Assembly (NCBI GenBank): GCA_016869075.1
Contig: VGEY01000002.1
Coordinates: 72,878 to 136,877, forward strand
DNA from: Alphaproteobacteria bacterium
GTDB taxonomy: Bacteria > Pseudomonadota > Alphaproteobacteria > Paracaedibacterales > VGCI01
Direction: 5' to 3'
Length of the DNA stretch: 64,000 nt
The translations under genes were made by a program, and so were the position numbers. Position 1 is the first letter of the stretch; every line of letters starts with the position of its first letter. Below, one piece after another: positions 18,198-27,700 of the stretch. A model generated the notes under the pieces. It was not told the origin of the DNA. It did not search any database and worked only from the letters and a program-made list of their open reading frames with translations.

Positions 18198-19634
18198 ATG
18201 GCTCATGATATATTAATTATTGATGATGAAGCAGATATTAGAAACCTTGTCTCTGGCATTTTAGAAGACGAAGGTTATATCACACGTACTGCAGCTGATG
18301 GTCTTGCAGGGTTGGACGCCATTAAGGCGCGTCAACCTAGCCTTGTTATCTTAGATGTATGGTTGGGAGATAGCGAGCGTGACGGCCTTAAAATTCTTGA
18401 AATTATCAAACGTGATCATCCTTATGTCCCAGTAATTATGATCAGCGGACATGGCACCATCGAAACAGCTGTAACTGCCATCAAATATGGAGCTTATGAT
18501 TTTATTGAAAAGCCCTTTCAAAGCGCACGTTTATTACTCATCACACAACGTGCCATTGAGTCTGCACGTTTAAAACGAGAAAATGCAGACTTAAAAATCA
18601 AAGTGGGGGATAATATAGATTTGGTTGGTATTTCACCCTGTATGCAGACAATTCGCCAAACGATCGAACGCGTCGCGCCAACAAATAGCCGCATATTAAT
18701 TGTGGGGCCTTCTGGTGCAGGTAAAGAAGTTATTGCCCGAAAAATACACGCACAATCGCGACGAGCAGAGAGGCCTTTCATCGTTTTAAATTGCGCAACG
18801 TTGCATCCAGATCGTCTGGAGGCTGAGCTGTTTGGAACTGAAATTATCGGTTTAGATCCTACTATTCCAAGAAAGATTGGTTTATTAGAGCAAGCACATC
18901 ATGGAACATTGTATCTTGATGAAGTAACAGATCTTCCCTTACCCACTCAAAGCAAACTCATTCGGGTTTTACAGGATCAATTTTTTACGCGCCTTGGAGA
19001 TAACCAAAAGATCGAAATAGATGTGCGTGTGATGGCTTCATCGAGTGCTAATATTTCTCAGCTCATTCAAGATGGGCACTTTCGAGAAGATCTTTATTAC
19101 CGCTTAAATGTCGTCCCAATTCAAGTACCCCCCTTAAGTGAGCGCGTCACTGATATTCCCAATTTATTCAATCATTTTATGACTCAATTATCTGCATCAC
19201 ATGGCTGTGCACAGCGCCGTATTTCAGAAGATGCTATGGTTATCTTGCAAGCTTATTCCTGGCCGGGTAATGTGCGACAATTAAAGAACGTTGTTGAATG
19301 GATATTAATTATGGCTGGTGGTGATTCACGTGAAGATGTCCCTGCAGATATGTTGCCACCTGAAGTACGCTCAGACTCTGCTTTATCTTCATCTTCCCAG
19401 GCGCCGAATATTATTGTTTTGCCCTTGCGAGAAGCTCGAGAATTGTTCGAGAGAGAATATTTATTGGCTCAAGTAAACAGATTTGGCGGTAATATTTCAA
19501 AAACGGCCCGATTTGTAGGTATGGAACGCTCGGCTCTTCATCGAAAACTTCGAGCATTGGGTGTGCATGAAGGACGGTATCAAGAGGATGAAGCTCCAAC
19601 TGAACATTCACCTCATGAACTGAAAATTGCATGA
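18198..19634 (+). CDS. ntrX: response regulator NtrX (REC, AAA+ and Fis-type HTH domains)
   Basis: 478 aa. REC (DDE...LDVWL), Walker A GPSGAGKE, Walker B LYLDEV, C-terminal HTH (GNISKTARFVGMERSALHRKL). The GAFTGA loop is absent, as is typical for NtrX. Confidence 0.88.
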   Translation: MAHDILIIDDEADIRNLVSGILEDEGYITRTAADGLAGLDAIKARQPSLVILDVWLGDSERDGLKILEIIKRDHPYVPVIMISGHGTIETAVTAIKYGAYDFIEKPFQSARLLLITQRAIESARLKRENADLKIKVGDNIDLVGISPCMQTIRQTIERVAPTNSRILIVGPSGAGKEVIARKIHAQSRRAERPFIVLNCATLHPDRLEAELFGTEIIGLDPTIPRKIGLLEQAHHGTLYLDEVTDLPLPTQSKLIRVLQDQFFTRLGDNQKIEIDVRVMASSSANISQLIQDGHFREDLYYRLNVVPIQVPPLSERVTDIPNLFNHFMTQLSASHGCAQRRISEDAMVILQAYSWPGNVRQLKNVVEWILIMAGGDSREDVPADMLPPEVRSDSALSSSSQAPNIIVLPLREARELFEREYLLAQVNRFGGNISKTARFVGMERSALHRKLRALGVHEGRYQEDEAPTEHSPHELKIA

Positions 19635-21007
19635 AAGTCATCATTTTAGGAGCAGGGCAAGTTGGTTTTAATATAGCCAAATACCTTGCCGTTGAAGAAA
19701 ATGATGTAACCATTGTTGATCAGTCTGCAGATTTACTCCGTAAAATTGGGGATACTCTCGACGTGCAACCCGTTGTTGGCTTTGCTTCTCACCCCGATGT
19801 TCTGCAGCAAGCAGGAGCGACAGACGCTGATTTAATTATTGCCGTTACAGGATCAGATGAAGTTAACATAGTCGCCTGTGAGGTTGCCAACTCCTTGTTT
19901 CGTGTGGAGACAAAGATAGCGCGTATTCGCAATCAAAATTACTTAGATCCCTACTGGTCAAGCCTTTTCAGCAGTCGTAACTTGGCGATAGATCATATTA
20001 TTTCACCAGAGGTTGAAGTTGCCCGAGCAATCAGCCGCAGTATCAATGTTGCGGGTGCTTTTGATGTTATTCCAATGTGCGCGAACCAAGTTAAACTTAT
20101 TGGGGTAAGGTGTATGTCAAATGCGCCAATTTTGAATACTCCTTTACGTTTGTTGCCAAATTTATTTCCCAAGCTCGATATAATCGTCATATGTATTGTT
20201 CGTGGGGGTGATGTTTTTATTCCTACGGGCGATCATCAAATGCTTGTGGGGGACGAAATCTATTTTATCGTATCACAGTCTCAAACAGCAGAAGCTATGG
20301 GCGCATTTGGTTTTTCTGACTCTGCAACCCATCGTGTTATTGTTATGGGCGGTGGAAATATTGGGCTTACCCTCGTTTCCGACATCGAGGAAAATCAACC
20401 AGATATCATTACGCGTATCATCGAAAAAAATCAAACACGGGCAGAATACGTAGCCCGACATCTTAAACAAACCGAAGTCCTATGCGGTGATGTATTAGAT
20501 GCTGAAGTTTTGTCCGAAGCCAATGTCCAATCGGCTGAAACCATTGTTGCAGTCACAGATGACGATAAAGTAAATATTTTGGCAGCGCTTTTGGCTAAAA
20601 GAAATGGGGCCGGAAGAGCTTTAATATTACTCAACAACATGGCCTATTCTTCATTGGTAACATCATTGGGTGTTGATGCCGTTATTAGTCCACAAGCTAT
20701 ATCTGTCTCCACCATTTTGCAGCACGTTCGCCAAGGAAGAATACGATCAGCCCATTCTTTACGTGATGGAAATGTAGAAGTCATTGAAGCTGAAGCTCGA
20801 GAAACTTCCCATATTATAGGTTTAACTGTTGATGACATTAATATAAAAGAAGCCATCATGGTTGCAGCATTAATACGCGATGGAGAAATCATGGTCGGCC
20901 CCACACGCCTCAGCATACGCGTAAATGATCGCTTGATCCTTGCCGTCTCTAAAGATGCTGTCAAAAAGGTTGAGCGACTTTTTGCAATCAGACCAAGCTA
21001 TTTATAG
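19631..21007 (+). CDS. trkA: Trk potassium uptake system protein TrkA
   Basis: 458 aa. Two Rossmann motifs (ILGAGQVG, MGGGNIG), each followed by an RCK_C-like region. ATGA overlap with ntrX. Confidence 0.9.
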   Translation: MKVIILGAGQVGFNIAKYLAVEENDVTIVDQSADLLRKIGDTLDVQPVVGFASHPDVLQQAGATDADLIIAVTGSDEVNIVACEVANSLFRVETKIARIRNQNYLDPYWSSLFSSRNLAIDHIISPEVEVARAISRSINVAGAFDVIPMCANQVKLIGVRCMSNAPILNTPLRLLPNLFPKLDIIVICIVRGGDVFIPTGDHQMLVGDEIYFIVSQSQTAEAMGAFGFSDSATHRVIVMGGGNIGLTLVSDIEENQPDIITRIIEKNQTRAEYVARHLKQTEVLCGDVLDAEVLSEANVQSAETIVAVTDDDKVNILAALLAKRNGAGRALILLNNMAYSSLVTSLGVDAVISPQAISVSTILQHVRQGRIRSAHSLRDGNVEVIEAEARETSHIIGLTVDDINIKEAIMVAALIRDGEIMVGPTRLSIRVNDRLILAVSKDAVKKVERLFAIRPSYL

Positions 21008-21108
21008 GCCTTTTCTATTTTATACTAGAAAAAAATAAAAAGTTCTCTTATGTTATAAAATATTCATTATAAAACAAGGTATTATATATTAAATGCCGAG
21101 GCATAAAC

Positions 21109-21522
21109 ATGAGTTTTGAAAATAAGCTTGTCGCAATACTCAATAAAGATATAGAAACTGGTGTTGCTTTAAACGCTCTTGCACACATGAGCCTCGGCTT
21201 GGGATCAGAGGTGGGTAAACCCCTTCTTCGATTGGATGACTACATAGATGCAAATGGTTTCAATTATCCTAATATTTCTCAAATTCCATTTATCATTCTG
21301 CGCGGTAAATCCAATGAGATACGCAAAACTGTATCTCAGGCCCGAGAATCAAAAATATTAAATGGAGTGTTTCTTAATACCATGACGGGTGGGACTTATA
21401 AAGAGCAGCTTGAACGCACATCTGGAACATCTGAAGACGCACTTGTATATTATGGCTGCGTTCTGTTCGGAAAATGGGAGCTTGTCTCTGAACTTACACG
21501 TAAATTTTCTTTGTGGAGATAA
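21109..21522 (+). CDS. DUF2000-like protein of unknown function
   Basis: 137 aa. N-terminal KLVAILNKDIETGVALNALAHMSLGLG resembles DUF2000 family members. Confidence 0.45.
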   Translation: MSFENKLVAILNKDIETGVALNALAHMSLGLGSEVGKPLLRLDDYIDANGFNYPNISQIPFIILRGKSNEIRKTVSQARESKILNGVFLNTMTGGTYKEQLERTSGTSEDALVYYGCVLFGKWELVSELTRKFSLWR

Positions 21523-21525
21523 ATT

Positions 21526-22314
21526 ATGAAGGTCTGGATGGTTGATGCTTTCGCAACTAAACCATACACCGGCAACCCCGCAGGCGTTATCATTGTTTCG
21601 GAATTTCCTGAGGACGAAAAATGTTTAAAAATTGCTGCGGAAATAAATCTCTCTGAGACAGCATTTGTTAAGCCTTTGTCAAAAGATTATTTTCAAATTC
21701 GTTGGTTTACACCGAGCGTAGAAGTTAAACTATGTGGCCACGCAACTCTTGCAGCTTCCCATATCCTCTTCCAAGAAAAAATTATCTCAACCAACGAAAT
21801 AAAATTTACATCTCTTTCAGGAGATTTAACTGTAACGCGCGAGGCCGACTTTCTCGTTCTTAACTTTCCATTGCAGAAAACAGGACCCAGTCTTCCGGTA
21901 GAACCTTTAATTGAATTGCTTGATCTTACAAGTCCTGTTATTGGCGCTGTTCAAGCGCTTGATGACGTTATTCTTGAACTTAAATACTTCGAAGATGTAA
22001 ACCAACTATCTTTAGATTCGCGGGATGTGGAAAAAGTTGATTGTCGTGGCCTTATTATTACGGCAAAAGGGGATAAATCTTATGATTTTATTTCCCGTTT
22101 CTTTGCGCCCCGAGAGGGCATTAACGAAGATCCAGTTACAGGATCAGCTCATTGTAAGCTTGCTCATTACTGGCAAAACAAGCTTAAAAAAGACACATTT
22201 TTAGCCTATCAGGCCTCTGAGCGGGGTGGTGAAATTCATATAACCATTAATAAAGAGCGTGTTCTCCTTAAAGGCAAAGCCTTGACAGTTATGGAGGGAG
22301 ATTGGCGTGTCTGA
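21526..22314 (+). CDS. PhzF-family isomerase-like protein
   Basis: 262 aa. [38 protein letters not shown] and DPVTGSAHC are characteristic of the PhzF/YddE family. Confidence 0.85.
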   Translation: MKVWMVDAFATKPYTGNPAGVIIVSEFPEDEKCLKIAAEINLSETAFVKPLSKDYFQIRWFTPSVEVKLCGHATLAASHILFQEKIISTNEIKFTSLSGDLTVTREADFLVLNFPLQKTGPSLPVEPLIELLDLTSPVIGAVQALDDVILELKYFEDVNQLSLDSRDVEKVDCRGLIITAKGDKSYDFISRFFAPREGINEDPVTGSAHCKLAHYWQNKLKKDTFLAYQASERGGEIHITINKERVLLKGKALTVMEGDWRV

Positions 22315-23425
22315 TAAATCTTTCCTCAAACTCGATGGCATAGAAGATGGTGCCCTTGTCGCCGTTGCCATGTCTGGTGGTGTTGACTCATCAGTGACTG
22401 CTGCTCTTATGGTTGAAGCAGGGTATCAGGTTGTAGGTATCACTTTGCAGCTCTATGACCAAGGACAAATGAGCAATAAAAAAGGGGCATGCTGTGCGGG
22501 ACAAGATATTTATGATGCACGCACCGTTGCAGACCGCTTTGGCTTTCCCCATTATGTGTTGGATTATGAAAATATTTTTCGCACAAATGTTATTGATGAT
22601 TTTGTTGAAAGCTACTTACAAGGCGAAACTCCCGTTCCTTGTATCCGGTGCAATCAGCGCGTAAAATTTAAAGACTTATTGGTAACAGCCCGAGATTTGG
22701 GAGCAAAAGCTCTTATTACTGGCCATTATGTTCAACGGAAACTGAAAAACAATCACGCTGAACTTCATCAAGCAATTGATGCAACCCGCGACCAAAGTTA
22801 TTTTTTATTTACAACGACCCAAGAGCAACTAGATTACTTGCGTTTTCCTTTGGGGGGAATAACAAAGGCTGAGACACGCACCCATGCACGACGATTGGGT
22901 TTAAGCGTTGCTGAGAAACCCGACAGTCAAGATATTTGCTTTGTTCCTTCAGGGGGATATGCCAGTGTAGTTGAAAAATACCGCCCGGGAGCTTTGGATC
23001 CAGGAGAAATTATACATATTGATGGGCGCACACTCGGGCAACATTCGGGCATCATTAATTTTACCATCGGCCAACGTCGGGGTATTGGCGTTTCAAGTTC
23101 TGAACCCTTATATGTTGTAAACATTGACACACAAAACCGACGGGTAATCGTCGGCCCCCACGAAGCACTTGCCAAATCTATAATTTATGTTCAAGACGTG
23201 AATTGGCTCAAAGAGGCAGCTGCCTTTAAGGAAGGGTTTCAGGCTTATGTTAAAATTAGATCAACACAAGCACCTCTGGCTGCAACAATCTATCAGAGAA
23301 GCCCCTCCTCAGCGGAAGTTCACCTTGATGAAGCAGAGTATGGCGTTTCAAACGGACAAGCCTGTGTCTTCTTTGACCAGACCCGCGTCTTAGGGGGCGG
23401 GTGGATAACATCAACGCCTCTCTAA
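22307..23425 (+). CDS. mnmA: tRNA 2-thiouridine(34) synthase
   Basis: 372 aa with a GTG start. PP-loop [30 protein letters not shown]. Confidence 0.92.
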   Translation: MSDKSFLKLDGIEDGALVAVAMSGGVDSSVTAALMVEAGYQVVGITLQLYDQGQMSNKKGACCAGQDIYDARTVADRFGFPHYVLDYENIFRTNVIDDFVESYLQGETPVPCIRCNQRVKFKDLLVTARDLGAKALITGHYVQRKLKNNHAELHQAIDATRDQSYFLFTTTQEQLDYLRFPLGGITKAETRTHARRLGLSVAEKPDSQDICFVPSGGYASVVEKYRPGALDPGEIIHIDGRTLGQHSGIINFTIGQRRGIGVSSSEPLYVVNIDTQNRRVIVGPHEALAKSIIYVQDVNWLKEAAAFKEGFQAYVKIRSTQAPLAATIYQRSPSSAEVHLDEAEYGVSNGQACVFFDQTRVLGGGWITSTPL

Positions 23426-23780
23426 TTGTTTTATCCATGAGTGAAGCCTTTGAAATAGCAAATTACAGTAGGCTTTTTAACAAAAGATATTCTTTGCAGT
23501 AAATATTTATTCAATCCAATTGCGAAATTATTCAAGGCACACAAGCAAAAAGACCCCCAAAGATCTCTCAACATAGGTCAAATCCTGCCTAATTCTTCTA
23601 TAGGTTGAGTAGAAATGATATTAAAACTTATAAAGTGAAGGATTTGCACAAGATAAAATTTTATTAAAATTATTTACCTTTTTTATAAAATTTAACACAT
23701 ACTTAATAAATGGGAGAGTAGTCTGTCTATAAGAGACTAGGTAAAACTTATGTGCTCGAGATGAGGAGGGGGTAGTTTAA

Positions 23781-25634
23781 GTGGCCAACACCAAGAAAAA
23801 GCACAAAGATACATCATCCGAGTCAGGATCTCTTTTTCCCTGGCAACGCTGGGACATGATTCTGAGCACTGTCGTTCTAAATATATTATCGTTAGCCATT
23901 CCTATTATGGTTTTACAGCTTTATGACCGCATCATTCCCAATCAATCTTATGGTACGCTATCCCTCCTCGGAATTGCCGTCGGTATTGTCTTAATATTAG
24001 AGGCTTCCTTACGATTTAGCAGAGGATATGTTTTAAGCTGGTTGGGTATGCATTTTGAACATAGTGCGGCTGTGGGTGCCTTTCAACACCTCATCAACGC
24101 CACCTTACATGATTTAAACAAACGAGGAATTGGTGAACATGTGGAAAATATTGAGAGCGCAACCATTCTAAAAGAATTCTTAGCTGGTCAAGGATTCTTG
24201 ATTTTAATGGACCTTCCCTTTGTTTTCATGTTTCTGGGAATTATTGCATATTTTTCCATACAAATTGCTTTAGCAGCTGTCGCCATTTTAGGCATTTTTA
24301 TTTTTCTAGCTTGGATATTAGGAAATCTTTTGCAAAAGCATTTAAAAGAACAGCTTGATGTCAATGACAGACGCTACAATTTCATCGTTGAAATTTTGAC
24401 CAATCATCACACTTTAAAGGCTTTAGGAATGGAAGAGCTGATCATGCGGCGCTATGAACGCATCCATAATCATTGCTCAAATGTAAATTATAAAGTTTAT
24501 CTTTATTCAGCAGAAGCACGTGATTTGGCAAGCATGTTTTCATATATCATGTTTGTTGGCATTGTTGCAGTTGCAGCTCTTCAAGTTATTAGTGAAATTA
24601 CAACTCTTGGTGTTATGGCAGCTTCAATTGTCTTAACCAATAGAGCAATGCAACCCATTCAAGCTGCCATGGGTGTTTGGACCCGGTTCCAATACTTTAC
24701 AATTGCTAAACAAAGAATCGAGGAACACTTTAGTTTAGCTCTTGAACCTCCTCTTGCGCGTGGAATTACAAAACCCATACAAGGCAAACTTACTTTAAGG
24801 GATATATATTTCCAATATTCCGATGATCAACCTGAAATCATAAAAGGGGTTAACCTTACAGTCACACCAGGATCAACCATTACTATCCATGGTCGTAATG
24901 GCGTTGGGAAAACAACACTTATGTGGATAATGATGGGCAATCTTCACCCAACAAGAGGGAATTTATTGATTGATGACGAACCAATGTCAAATTTTCATTA
25001 CCGTGATTTGCGGCGTCAAATGGCTTACATTCCTCCAAAAGGCATCCTTTTTCAAGGAACGATCTTAGAAAATATGACCATGTATCGAGGAGCAGCCTAT
25101 GTAGACGATGCTTTAAGTCTTTCGAGACAGCTTGGGCTAGATAGCTGGATTCATCGTCTCCCCTTAGGATATGATACTAAAGTTGGAGATCAACTCTTTC
25201 TCTTATTACCTGACGGTATCCATCAACGTATTTGCTTGGTCCGCGCACTGGTAAATCGACCAAAAATACTCATTTTAGATGAGGCCAATACATCCTTAGA
25301 TGAAGAGGGTGACCAATTGCTCAAGCAGGTTTTACAAACACTTCATGGAGAAGTAACGGTGGTATTTGTAACGCATAGGCCTTCTATCCAAGAGTTGGCA
25401 GATGCTTCCTATGAATTGTCAGACGGACTGCTAAGACCTAAGAAGCTTCTCTCTCTTTCCCATGCTGCAGAAATTCACAACTTAAAAACTCAGACATCCA
25501 GCTTATCACAAAACAATAAAAACAATGAAGATCAGAAGGAGAGTGATGATTCTTCTAAAAAAGAAAAAAGTACAAAGAATGGCATCTCTGGTTCGCTCTC
25601 TGCTTCATCATCTGAATCATTGGGGATTGATTAA
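23781..25634 (+). CDS. type I secretion-type ABC transporter permease/ATPase (no N-terminal accessory domain)
   Basis: 617 aa. GTG start 11 nt after AGGAGG (23764-23769). TMD has a T1SS-type LQLYDRIIP motif. Walker A GRNGVGKTT, Walker B ILILDE, H-loop VTHRP. The signature position reads LPDGIHQR instead of LSGGQ. Ser/Lys/Asn-rich C-terminal tail. Confidence 0.8.
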   Translation: MANTKKKHKDTSSESGSLFPWQRWDMILSTVVLNILSLAIPIMVLQLYDRIIPNQSYGTLSLLGIAVGIVLILEASLRFSRGYVLSWLGMHFEHSAAVGAFQHLINATLHDLNKRGIGEHVENIESATILKEFLAGQGFLILMDLPFVFMFLGIIAYFSIQIALAAVAILGIFIFLAWILGNLLQKHLKEQLDVNDRRYNFIVEILTNHHTLKALGMEELIMRRYERIHNHCSNVNYKVYLYSAEARDLASMFSYIMFVGIVAVAALQVISEITTLGVMAASIVLTNRAMQPIQAAMGVWTRFQYFTIAKQRIEEHFSLALEPPLARGITKPIQGKLTLRDIYFQYSDDQPEIIKGVNLTVTPGSTITIHGRNGVGKTTLMWIMMGNLHPTRGNLLIDDEPMSNFHYRDLRRQMAYIPPKGILFQGTILENMTMYRGAAYVDDALSLSRQLGLDSWIHRLPLGYDTKVGDQLFLLLPDGIHQRICLVRALVNRPKILILDEANTSLDEEGDQLLKQVLQTLHGEVTVVFVTHRPSIQELADASYELSDGLLRPKKLLSLSHAAEIHNLKTQTSSLSQNNKNNEDQKESDDSSKKEKSTKNGISGSLSASSSESLGID

Positions 25635-27700
25635 TGACCAAACAATTTAATTACTATGATTGCGTGATGCCTTTACTTGAAACCTTAGGGTGGCATGGTC
25701 ATGCCCGCCGTATATTTGAAGCTATCCCCTATTTAAAAAATAATATTACTTTAACTGATTTGCGCAATCTTATGGCAAATTTAGGTTATACAAGCAAAAA
25801 TCAAAAAATAAGCCTAAGTCATGTGCCTGGGCAGCTCTTGCCTTGCTTATTTGTCGGCAATTCAGGAGAAGTTTATGTCTTGTGCGAAAGAGAAGAAAAC
25901 ACCATTCAAGCAATTGATTGCCGAAATAATCAAAAAATAACACTCACAGAGAGCATGTGGTCAAGGGGAACAATTTATACTTTTTACCAACAACCAGAGG
26001 AAGTTGTTAAAAATGAAAGCTGGCTAACAAGTATCATGACTCGCTTTCATTCTTTTATTTATTGGTTGATGGGTTTGGGCTTTTTAACAAGCTTGCTCAG
26101 TTTGAGCTCGTTTGTTTTTATTATGTCTATTTATGACGAAGTTGTTCCCTCCAGATCGGCAATAACATTGGGATACTTTGTCCTGGGCTTGGTTCTGGCT
26201 TTATGCTGTATACAATTTGTTCATATCATCCAGAATAGGGCGTTGTCATATCTTGGAGCACGGTTGGATATGATCATTGGCACAGAAGTTGTCCGCCATG
26301 TAATCAGCTTACCCATGTCCCTCGTCGAGGGAGCTTCAGTAGCAGGTCAGGTATCTCGGTTGCGCCAATTTGATAGTGTACGTGAAGTATTTACCGGCCC
26401 TATAGCCCAGATTCTTCTCGAAGGGCCTTTCATGATCGTTTTCTTGATTGTCTTGTTTATGATTGCAGGACCCATTGTGCTGGTTCCTCTTCTCATGCTC
26501 TTTATTTTTATTGTGCTGGCCATTATTATGTTTCCCATTTTACGACGGGCAACCCAAAAAATGTCCCAAGCTTCTATCGAGCGCCGGAAGTTCTTGCTTG
26601 AAGGAACTTCTCATTTAACAACCATTAAACATTTGGCTGCAGAAAAAACATGGGTTGATCGTTTTCAGGATGTAAGTGCATCCCTCTCCATGGCGCAAAA
26701 GAAATCTGAGCTCCTTTCTTCGTTATCTATAAACCTCAGCCAAACAATTATGAAAATTGCAGGATTAACTGCCATTGTCTGGGGAGCAGTAAGAGTCACT
26801 AACAATGATATGTCTGTGGGAGCATTAATTGCTGTTGTTCTTTTAGTATGGCGTGCACTTGCCCCCCTCCAAAGCGCTTTCATGATCTTAGGACGTTTTG
26901 ATCAGGTAATGGAAAGTTTAGGGCATATCAACCGCCTCATGAGCATGCCTATGGAACGACATAACCTTATGGGAGACCCACAACAATTCGAGGGCTTGAT
27001 TCGTATTCAAAATGTTGGATTTCGATATCCACAAGACTCCACCCCAGCCTTACAAGGGATCATCATGGAAGCCAAACCTGGAGAGATTGTCGCCATTGTT
27101 GGGCAAAATGGATCAGGAAAAACAACCTTGATAAAGCTGCTTTTAGGTTTTTATTATCCTCAAGCAGGATCTATAACCTTTGATGGAATTGATATTCGTC
27201 AATTTGATCCAATGATTTTAAGGCAATCAATAGCTTATGTTCCACAACAAAACCAATTTTTTCATGGAACGCTTGCACAAAACTTACTCTTTGGAGCACC
27301 TGAAGCGACTGAAGAAAGGATGATCCAAGCCGTAGAACAAGCGGGTCTCCTCTCACAAATCATGACATTACCAGAGGGCTTTGAGACACGTATTGATAAG
27401 CAAGTCATGAACATTTTTTCTTCAGGATTTTTACAAAAGCTCAATTTAGCCAGAGCCTACATCCGTAAATCAAACATTATTATTATGGACGAACCTGGCA
27501 ACACTTTAGATCAAGAAGGAGACGAAATCTTGCGTCAAACAATTAAGGAATTCAGAGGGAAAAAAACTGTTCTTATTGTTACACACAGGCCAAGTCTCAT
27601 TAATTTGGCAGACCGAGTTTTGTCCTTACGAGCAGGAAATATGCAAGTTTTTGGTCCAAAAGAAAAAGTCCTTAGCATTATTAGTGGAGAAGCAAAATGA
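25634..27700 (+). CDS. type I secretion-type ABC transporter permease/ATPase with an N-terminal C39-peptidase-like domain (LssB-like)
   Basis: 688 aa. About 125 aa N-terminal domain (YYDCVMPLLETLGW...), TMD with SIYDEVVPS motif, Walker A GQNGSGKTT, signature position FSSGFLQK, Walker B IIIMDE, H-loop VTHRP. TAATG overlap with the upstream ABC gene. Confidence 0.8.
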   Translation: MTKQFNYYDCVMPLLETLGWHGHARRIFEAIPYLKNNITLTDLRNLMANLGYTSKNQKISLSHVPGQLLPCLFVGNSGEVYVLCEREENTIQAIDCRNNQKITLTESMWSRGTIYTFYQQPEEVVKNESWLTSIMTRFHSFIYWLMGLGFLTSLLSLSSFVFIMSIYDEVVPSRSAITLGYFVLGLVLALCCIQFVHIIQNRALSYLGARLDMIIGTEVVRHVISLPMSLVEGASVAGQVSRLRQFDSVREVFTGPIAQILLEGPFMIVFLIVLFMIAGPIVLVPLLMLFIFIVLAIIMFPILRRATQKMSQASIERRKFLLEGTSHLTTIKHLAAEKTWVDRFQDVSASLSMAQKKSELLSSLSINLSQTIMKIAGLTAIVWGAVRVTNNDMSVGALIAVVLLVWRALAPLQSAFMILGRFDQVMESLGHINRLMSMPMERHNLMGDPQQFEGLIRIQNVGFRYPQDSTPALQGIIMEAKPGEIVAIVGQNGSGKTTLIKLLLGFYYPQAGSITFDGIDIRQFDPMILRQSIAYVPQQNQFFHGTLAQNLLFGAPEATEERMIQAVEQAGLLSQIMTLPEGFETRIDKQVMNIFSSGFLQKLNLARAYIRKSNIIIMDEPGNTLDQEGDEILRQTIKEFRGKKTVLIVTHRPSLINLADRVLSLRAGNMQVFGPKEKVLSIISGEAK

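Noticed and set aside
23256-23438. 60-aa minus-strand ORF across the mnmA 3' end
   Set aside because: It is mostly antisense to mnmA, Arg-rich, and has no RBS or homology.
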